NCBI GenBank assembly: GCA_049890115.1
Contig: JBMHCC010000002.1
Location: 4,789-68,788 of the forward strand
Origin: Candidatus Puniceispirillaceae bacterium
Lineage (GTDB): Bacteria; Pseudomonadota; Alphaproteobacteria; Puniceispirillales; Puniceispirillaceae
DNA: 64,000 nt
Direction: 5' to 3'
In this document: positions 58,770-64,000 of the stretch, piece by piece
Position numbering within the stretch: the stretch's first letter is position 1
Layout: each line of letters starts with the position of its first letter
Notes under the pieces: generated by a model
Told to the model about the DNA's origin: nothing
Databases searched by the model: none
What the model saw: the letters and a program-made list of their open reading frames with translations, nothing else
Program-made: the position numbers and the translations under genes

Positions 58770-60749
58770 CTATGCTGACCTTAGGCCAGTCTTTGCTGTT
58801 GGCGCAGATTGCCTGCCAGCAAATGCCAATATGCCGCCAAATGCCATAATAACAGCACCACCCCAAATCCAGCTTACAAGCGGTTTGTGATATAACCGAA
58901 GCGCATAACCAGTTTCATCATTGCCATCACCAAGCACAGCATAATCATCACCTGAAAAGCGCGGGCGAATAGCGGCTTCTGTTGTGGTTTGCCGTTCTGC
59001 TGGATAAAATCTCTTTTCTGGTGTCATTAGGGCAATCACGTTGCCATCTTGGGTTTCAAGCTGCAGCACAGCTGTTTGTGTTGTGTAATTTGGCCCTTGT
59101 CTGTTTTCCACACCAAGCAAGCGATATTGCCTATCATCAAGCATGATAACCTCACCTGGTTTAACACGCACAGTTGCTTCAGTGCGTGCCAGCCCATCAC
59201 CAAGTGCCCCTGCCAGAAAAACAGCCATGCCGATATGACCTAACCAAATGCCCCAGATAGGCAAGCCAAGCTGTTTCAGGCGGCTTGTTAATTTGGCAGG
59301 CTGATGAAATTTTAGCCGTGATTGTAATTCAGATGCCAGCGCACAAATAAGCCATCCTAATAGGCCGAGCCCTGCCAATGCTGATGCCGATAACCAGGAT
59401 GATGTGATAAGCAATCCTGCTAGCATAGCTAATGCCGCGCCAGCACCTGCCATCATCAGAACAAAACGGCTATGGCGCATCACCCCTTTTTGCCAAACCA
59501 GCACTGGTGCCACCCCCATGCCGATTATCGCAAATGCCATAACAGGGTTAAAGGTCGCATCAAAATAAGGTGGGCCAACGGTAATACGTGCGCCTGTGAA
59601 TAATTCCAGACCAAGGGGATAGAATGTGCCAAGCAGCACAATCGCAGTCGCAATTAATAAAATAAAATTATTGATGACAAGGCCGGTATCACGGCTAATT
59701 AGCTGGCTGTCATTCTGGCTGACTAATTGCGGGCCGCGCCATGCAAATAATAATAATGGGATGCCGATTGAGATAACTAAAATAGCGAGGATGAAGACAC
59801 CGCGTGCTGGATCAGAGGCAAAGCTGTGAACAGATGTCAGCAAGCCTGATCGCACAATAAAGGTGCCAAGCAGCGATAGTGAAAAGGCGATAATCGCAAG
59901 CAAGATAGTCCAGCTTTTTAACTGCCCTCTTTTGGCCACCACCAGCACAGAATGAATTAAAGCTGTTGCAGCAAGCCATGGCATTAATGAGGCATTTTCG
60001 ACAGGATCCCAGAACCACCATCCGCCCCAACCAAGCTCATAATACGCCCACCAGCTGCCAAGAGCGATGCCAAGGGTCAGCGCACACCAAGCCGAAAGTG
60101 CCCAAGGACGCATCCAGATGCCCCATTCTTTGGTTACGCGCCCATCTATCAAGCCAGCAACCGCAAATGAAAATGCCATAGACAGGCCAACATAGCCTAA
60201 ATACAACATAGGCGGATGAAGCGCGAGACCGACATCTTGCAGCACAGGGTTGAGACCATTTCCTTCAAGAGGGGCAATAGCAAGGCGTTCAAATGGGTTT
60301 GATGTTAACAGGCTAAACAGCAAGAATGACAAAGAAATGCTGGCCTGGACTGCCAGAATAAGGACAGCCAAGCGGGCTGGCAGCTTGTGGTTTGTCATGG
60401 CAAAAACAGCGCCAAATACCATCAAAATCACAATCCATAATAAGAGCGAGCCTTCATGATTGCCCCAACTGCCAGATATTTTGTAAATGAGCGGCTTTAG
60501 CGAATGTGAATGCTGTGCCACAAGTGCTACTGAAAAATCAGATGTCACAAATGAATATAGCAGCGTGCCAAAGGCGATGAATATTAGCGCAGCAGCTCCT
60601 ATCTGCAGGGCGTTCGCTATGCCCAATAGGCTGGCAAATGGCTGTCCCGTAAGACGCAATAGCGGCAGGCTCATCTGACAGGCAGATGCCACAAGCGCGA
60701 TGATACAGGCAAAATGGCCAATTTCGGCAGGCGCAAAAATACCGGTCAT
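58770..60749 (-). CDS. ccmF: Cytochrome c-type biogenesis heme lyase subunit CcmF
   Basis: 659 aa polytopic protein with the WWD domain WGGWWFWDPVEN. Confidence 0.95.
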   Translation of the reverse strand: MTGIFAPAEIGHFACIIALVASACQMSLPLLRLTGQPFASLLGIANALQIGAAALIFIAFGTLLYSFVTSDFSVALVAQHSHSLKPLIYKISGSWGNHEGSLLLWIVILMVFGAVFAMTNHKLPARLAVLILAVQASISLSFLLFSLLTSNPFERLAIAPLEGNGLNPVLQDVGLALHPPMLYLGYVGLSMAFSFAVAGLIDGRVTKEWGIWMRPWALSAWCALTLGIALGSWWAYYELGWGGWWFWDPVENASLMPWLAATALIHSVLVVAKRGQLKSWTILLAIIAFSLSLLGTFIVRSGLLTSVHSFASDPARGVFILAILVISIGIPLLLFAWRGPQLVSQNDSQLISRDTGLVINNFILLIATAIVLLGTFYPLGLELFTGARITVGPPYFDATFNPVMAFAIIGMGVAPVLVWQKGVMRHSRFVLMMAGAGAALAMLAGLLITSSWLSASALAGLGLLGWLICALASELQSRLKFHQPAKLTSRLKQLGLPIWGIWLGHIGMAVFLAGALGDGLARTEATVRVKPGEVIMLDDRQYRLLGVENRQGPNYTTQTAVLQLETQDGNVIALMTPEKRFYPAERQTTTEAAIRPRFSGDDYAVLGDGNDETGYALRLYHKPLVSWIWGGAVIMAFGGILAFAGRQSAPTAKTGLRSA

Positions 60750-61180
60750 TGTGCATTATCTCCCTGCCAGACACCTTGTTCTTTCAGGCTTTCAGCAATT
60801 TCGCGCGGGATATAATTTTCATCATGTTTGGCAAGCACAATATCAGCCACAAAAACAGCCTTCTCAAACCGGCCTTCAACAACCACACCTTGACCTTCTC
60901 TAAACAGATCTGGCAATGCGCCATCATAGCGGATGGCTAATTCTGCTGTCTCATCTGTAATGGCGAAATGCGCAAGCGTACCATCAATGCGCACTGACCC
61001 ATCAGCCACAAGGCCGCCAATACGCAGTCTTTTTGCATCTCTTTGTGCCTCTGTTAGCTCAGAGGGAGTGAAGAAAAATACGATATTATCGCGCAAAGCC
61101 GCACTAGCCAGCCAGACAGCTAATCCCAAGATTGCCGCTGCAGCACATACAATGAAAAGGCGCCTTGATTTAGCCGTCAT
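60746..61180 (-). CDS. ccmE: Heme chaperone CcmE
   Basis: 144 aa. N-terminal anchor and heme-binding LAKHDENYIP (HxxxY) motif. ATGA overlap with ccmF. Confidence 0.93.
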   Translation of the reverse strand: MTAKSRRLFIVCAAAAILGLAVWLASAALRDNIVFFFTPSELTEAQRDAKRLRIGGLVADGSVRIDGTLAHFAITDETAELAIRYDGALPDLFREGQGVVVEGRFEKAVFVADIVLAKHDENYIPREIAESLKEQGVWQGDNAQ

Positions 61181-61345
61181 TCATTTCCCTTTTGCTCACT
61201 TATCATATTTTTATCTAGCCAGCTATCACGCTTGCTATGGTGCGGTCTTCTTCATAGCGGAATATCATGTTTTTTTCAAAATGATTAAGCCGTCATAGCA
61301 CCGTTTTTTCATGTCTTCGTGCCGCTCTTGCCTTATCCTATAGAA

Positions 61346-61636
61346 TCACAATGATCGCCGTGGTTGGGGCAATAATAATGCGGCGCAATGTTGCTTTATT
61401 GGTCGCTTGTAAACATAGTTTTTAACAGCGCATAAAACAGCTTTATCTTTTGCATATTGTGAAAAATATATCGTTACTATCTGGCACAATTTTGTCCCAA
61501 ACAAGGCTGGTTTACGCGGTGGTTGGCCGTTCATAATTTTTGCCTGTTTGCCAAAGACTGTAAGAGCAAACGCATCGGCGAGCCGGTCAATCATCTCATC
61601 ACTAAGATAGGGAACAGCAAAGCCCTTCAGTGCCAT
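61346..61636 (-). CDS. Hypothetical protein (96 aa from the internal ATG), doubtful
   Basis: The only sizeable ORF in a 668-bp gap. The N-terminal 48 codons of the 144-aa track ORF are Lys/Phe-rich, read from AT-rich DNA, and were dropped. No family recognised. Confidence 0.2.
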   Translation of the reverse strand: MALKGFAVPYLSDEMIDRLADAFALTVFGKQAKIMNGQPPRKPALFGTKLCQIVTIYFSQYAKDKAVLCAVKNYVYKRPIKQHCAALLLPQPRRSL

Positions 61637-61848
61637 AAATTGACTAAAAAAGATACGGGGGAAAAGTTCTGAAAAAAGAAGGTGGCACAAAAATGGAAAT
61701 TGTTTTCGCATTATGGAAATAGTGATAAATTTTGTTAAGAAAGACTTTTTCACCATGTTTTTTTTGAAGAAACTTTGCAAAGCTTAAAAAAACACTATTT
61801 CAAAACCGTCATTCGTTATTGGGAATGATGTATCATTGGAGGAAACAA

Positions 61849-62850
61849 ATGAAAAAACTTGGAATTGCCGCACTTGCTGCTGTTGCAATGACAGCTTTAT
61901 CAGCTATGCCTGTTAAGGCTGACAATGCTGATTATGTGCTAAACACAGCATCAACTGGTGGAACATACCACCCTGTGGGTACAGCGATTGCCACCTTGTC
62001 AAAGGTAAAGCTTTTGCCAAAACAGAAATTCTCGCTGACAGCCGTTAATTCAGCTGGTTCAGGTGCGAATGTTCAGGCGCTTGGTGCTGGCACAGCTGAT
62101 TTTGCGATTTTGCAGGGTCTGTTTGGCTCTTATGCTGCCACTGGCACAGGGCCGATTTCAGAGCCTCAGGAAAATCTGCGCTCTGTGACTATGCTGTGGC
62201 AGAATGTGGAACAGTTCCTTGTCGCAGCTGATGCAGCAAAGACAGGCACAGTATCTGATTTGCTTGACATGAAAGGCAAGTCAGCTGGTATGGGCAAGCA
62301 GAATTCAGGCACGATTGGCTCAAACAGAGTGCTGTTAAATGGTCTTGGCCTTGATATGGATAATGATTTCACGCTGGTCTATGCTGGTTATGGCCCAACA
62401 GCTGATGCGATGGCGAATGGCCAGATTTCAGCAGCTGGTATCCCATCAGGCCCACCAACTGGTGCGATTGTAAAGCTGATGGCTGCTAATCAGGGCAAAT
62501 TTACAATTTTGGACGTCACAGCTGAACAAGGCAAGATGATGGATGGTGGCCGTAATTTGTGGGTACCATACACAATTTCAGCAGGCACTTATCCAGGTCA
62601 GGATAAAGACATTAACACAATCGCTCAGCCAAACTTCTTGGCAGTGAATGCGGATGTGGATGAAAACCATGTCTATCTTTTGACAAAGACAATGTATGAA
62701 AACCTGCCATTCTTGCAGGCCATTCATCCAGCAACAAAGGCTATGGCTGTCGAAAAAGCAATGGCAGGCTTGCCAGTGCCACTGCATCCTGGTGCCATGC
62801 GTTATTACGAAGAAGTTGGTCTGGAAATTCCAGCTCACCTGAAGAAATAA
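61849..62850 (+). CDS. TAXI-family TRAP transporter solute-binding protein
   Basis: Signal peptide (..AMPVKA/DN), TGGTYHPVG motif and C-terminal PLHPGAMRYYEE typical of TAXI receptors. GGAGGA RBS before ATG 61849. Confidence 0.88.
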   Translation: MKKLGIAALAAVAMTALSAMPVKADNADYVLNTASTGGTYHPVGTAIATLSKVKLLPKQKFSLTAVNSAGSGANVQALGAGTADFAILQGLFGSYAATGTGPISEPQENLRSVTMLWQNVEQFLVAADAAKTGTVSDLLDMKGKSAGMGKQNSGTIGSNRVLLNGLGLDMDNDFTLVYAGYGPTADAMANGQISAAGIPSGPPTGAIVKLMAANQGKFTILDVTAEQGKMMDGGRNLWVPYTISAGTYPGQDKDINTIAQPNFLAVNADVDENHVYLLTKTMYENLPFLQAIHPATKAMAVEKAMAGLPVPLHPGAMRYYEEVGLEIPAHLKK

Positions 62851-62862
62851 CGATAATCATGA

Positions 62863-62899
62863 TGGCGGGGTTTTAAAGTAATGCCCCGCCATTTTTCTT
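62863..62899 (+). terminator. Intra-operon hairpin/terminator between the TAXI binding-protein and permease genes
   Basis: TGGCGGGG-(13 nt)-CCCCGCCA forms a perfect 8-bp GC-rich stem, followed by TTTTTCTT. Confidence 0.7.
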
Positions 62900-62925
62900 A
62901 AGACATTTGTTGCAAAAGACCTGTT

Positions 62926-64000
62926 ATGGACAAACAAGATAGCCTCTCGCTAACCAGCGCTCTTAGCGAACCGAAAACGGATTGGCGGGCATGGTTATTG
63001 ACTTGTCTGGCGGTTGCTTTTGGTATCTGGCACATTTTGACCAATGTGTATTTTATCGAGCCTGGCCGTTGGCAAAATGCGATACATTTTGCTGGTTTCG
63101 CTTTTTTTGCATCCATTCTATACAGCCCCTTTGCCACATGGCCAAAAACAAGGACGACGTTTTTTATTAGTCTGTTTTATGGCACCTTAATCGCCGCCTC
63201 TGCTTTGTGGGTGGCAGGTGCTGAAAATGCTGTTTATGAGCGTACCCTAGCGGTGACAGGCCAAGGCTGGCAGCTAAATGTGATTGATTGGCTTGCTGGT
63301 TTTATTTTGATTATTGCTGGCATTGATTTATCACGTCGTGTCTCTGGCTGGGTTATTCCCATTCTAGTGATTTTAGCGCTTTGTTATATTTTATTTCTTG
63401 GCAGCCATCTGCCAGGTATTTTTAGGTCTGCCAGCCTGCCGTTAGATGATGTGATGTTCCGCACACTTTATAATGATGAAGGTCTATTTGGTATTCTGGC
63501 CAGCATATCATCAGCCAATATTACGTTATTTATGATTTTTGGCAGCTTTCTGGTTGTCTCTGGAGCCAGCCATTTTGTCATTGAAGTTGCCAAGATAGTC
63601 GCAGGCAGAATCAAGGGAGGCGCAGCTTTTGTTGCTGTCTTATCATCTGCCTTAACAGGTACGATTTCAGGCTCAGCTGTGGCGAACACTGCATCCACAG
63701 GCGTGATTACCATTCCCTTGATGAAAGCAAATGGGTTTCGGCCACAATTTGCTGGCGGGGTTGAGGCAGCTGCCTCAACAGGTGGCCAGCTTATGCCGCC
63801 AATCATGGGAGCAGGCGCGTTTGTTATGGCAAGCTATACTGCTATTCCCTATGCCACTATTGTGGCTGTGTCTGTTGTGCCGGCGCTATTATATTTTATG
63901 TCAGTTGCCTTTGTTGTGCGCATCGAAGCGATGAAATATAATGCTGGTGCTGGTGTGGATATGAGCATTGATAAGGCCAAATTATTATCAGGCGGCCTTG
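62926..64000 (+). CDS. TRAP transporter fused (4TM/12TM-type) permease, 5' part; the ORF runs off the window end and is absent from the supplied track
   Basis: I translated frame 1 from ATG 62926. It stays open to 64000: MDKQDSLSLTS..WHILTNVYF..GSAVANTASTGVITIPLMK..STGGQLMPPIMGAGAF. This is hydrophobic and typical of TAXI-associated TRAP large permeases. Confidence 0.85.
   Translation, partial: MDKQDSLSLTSALSEPKTDWRAWLLTCLAVAFGIWHILTNVYFIEPGRWQNAIHFAGFAFFASILYSPFATWPKTRTTFFISLFYGTLIAASALWVAGAENAVYERTLAVTGQGWQLNVIDWLAGFILIIAGIDLSRRVSGWVIPILVILALCYILFLGSHLPGIFRSASLPLDDVMFRTLYNDEGLFGILASISSANITLFMIFGSFLVVSGASHFVIEVAKIVAGRIKGGAAFVAVLSSALTGTISGSAVANTASTGVITIPLMKANGFRPQFAGGVEAAASTGGQLMPPIMGAGAFVMASYTAIPYATIVAVSVVPALLYFMSVAFVVRIEAMKYNAGAGVDMSIDKAKLLSGGL

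Noticed and set aside
61637-61780. First 48 codons of the 144-aa minus-strand ORF
   Set aside because: The Lys/Phe/Ile-rich translation comes from AT-rich promoter-like DNA immediately upstream of the TAXI gene. It is unlikely to be coding.
1-64000. Scan for CRISPR arrays, tandem repeats, IS/transposase/integrase genes, tRNA/rRNA genes, toxin-antitoxin pairs and known defence-system genes
   Set aside because: I found no regularly spaced repeats, no tRNA-like T-arm motifs, and no recombinase, nuclease or defence-type ORFs. The window reads as core metabolic chromosome. This was done by eye only, so short or degenerate elements could have been missed.

Overview
This window is a chromosomal, mostly metabolic region of a moderately AT-rich Gram-negative bacterium. 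The gene content (cytochrome c maturation System I, PCu(A)C, TAXI-TRAP, BMP-type nucleoside ABC transporter, betaine and polyamine uptake) fits a marine proteobacterium, perhaps an alphaproteobacterium, but the taxon cannot be fixed without a database search. I saw no rRNA, tRNA, CRISPR array, IS element, integrase or phage genes. About 60 protein genes are supported.

Gene content from left to right:
- 3' part of a very large LamG-domain surface protein, then ppa.
- A tandem glycine riboswitch in front of a DadA-like FAD oxidoreductase.
- pyrC, potFGHI, pyrE and a small Cys-rich CWC protein.
- An 8-gene nucleoside uptake and breakdown operon: ribokinase, nucleoside hydrolase, an embedded 2OG-Fe(II) oxygenase, a BMP ABC transporter and cdd.
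- upp, tdk, proXWV, pncA, glpK/glpD, typA, a DksA/TraR-type protein, an aldehyde dehydrogenase and hflX.
- PCu(A)C, an SDR, a persulfide-dioxygenase/rhodanese fusion, an L-lactate-type and a D-lactate-type dehydrogenase, betA and a short YigZ-like protein.
- DUF1761 and a PhyH-family dioxygenase.
- A tightly packed minus-strand operon (hmgA, fahA, atypical MBL, FAD monooxygenase, DUF2783, maiA, psuK, psuG) with a divergent MarR gene.
- An MFS protein, an orphan outer-membrane (OM) beta-barrel and an RND/MMPL-type pump fused to a LolA-like periplasmic domain.
- ccmE, ccmF, ccmG and a fused ccmH/ccmI.
- A TAXI-TRAP binding protein and the 5' part of a fused TRAP permease. This permease ORF runs off the window and is missing from the supplied ORF track.

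Most interesting candidates:
1. The RND-LolA-like fusion with the OM barrel and MFS protein, as an uncharacterised trans-envelope (lipid?) export module.
2. The glycine riboswitch controlling a DadA-like enzyme instead of the glycine cleavage system.
3. The 2OG oxygenase embedded in the nucleoside operon.
4. Pseudouridine catabolic genes translationally coupled to a homogentisate operon that also carries an MhaAB-like hydroxylase pair and an MBL protein with a degenerate metal motif.

All functional calls rest on motif and family recognition by eye. No searches were run.
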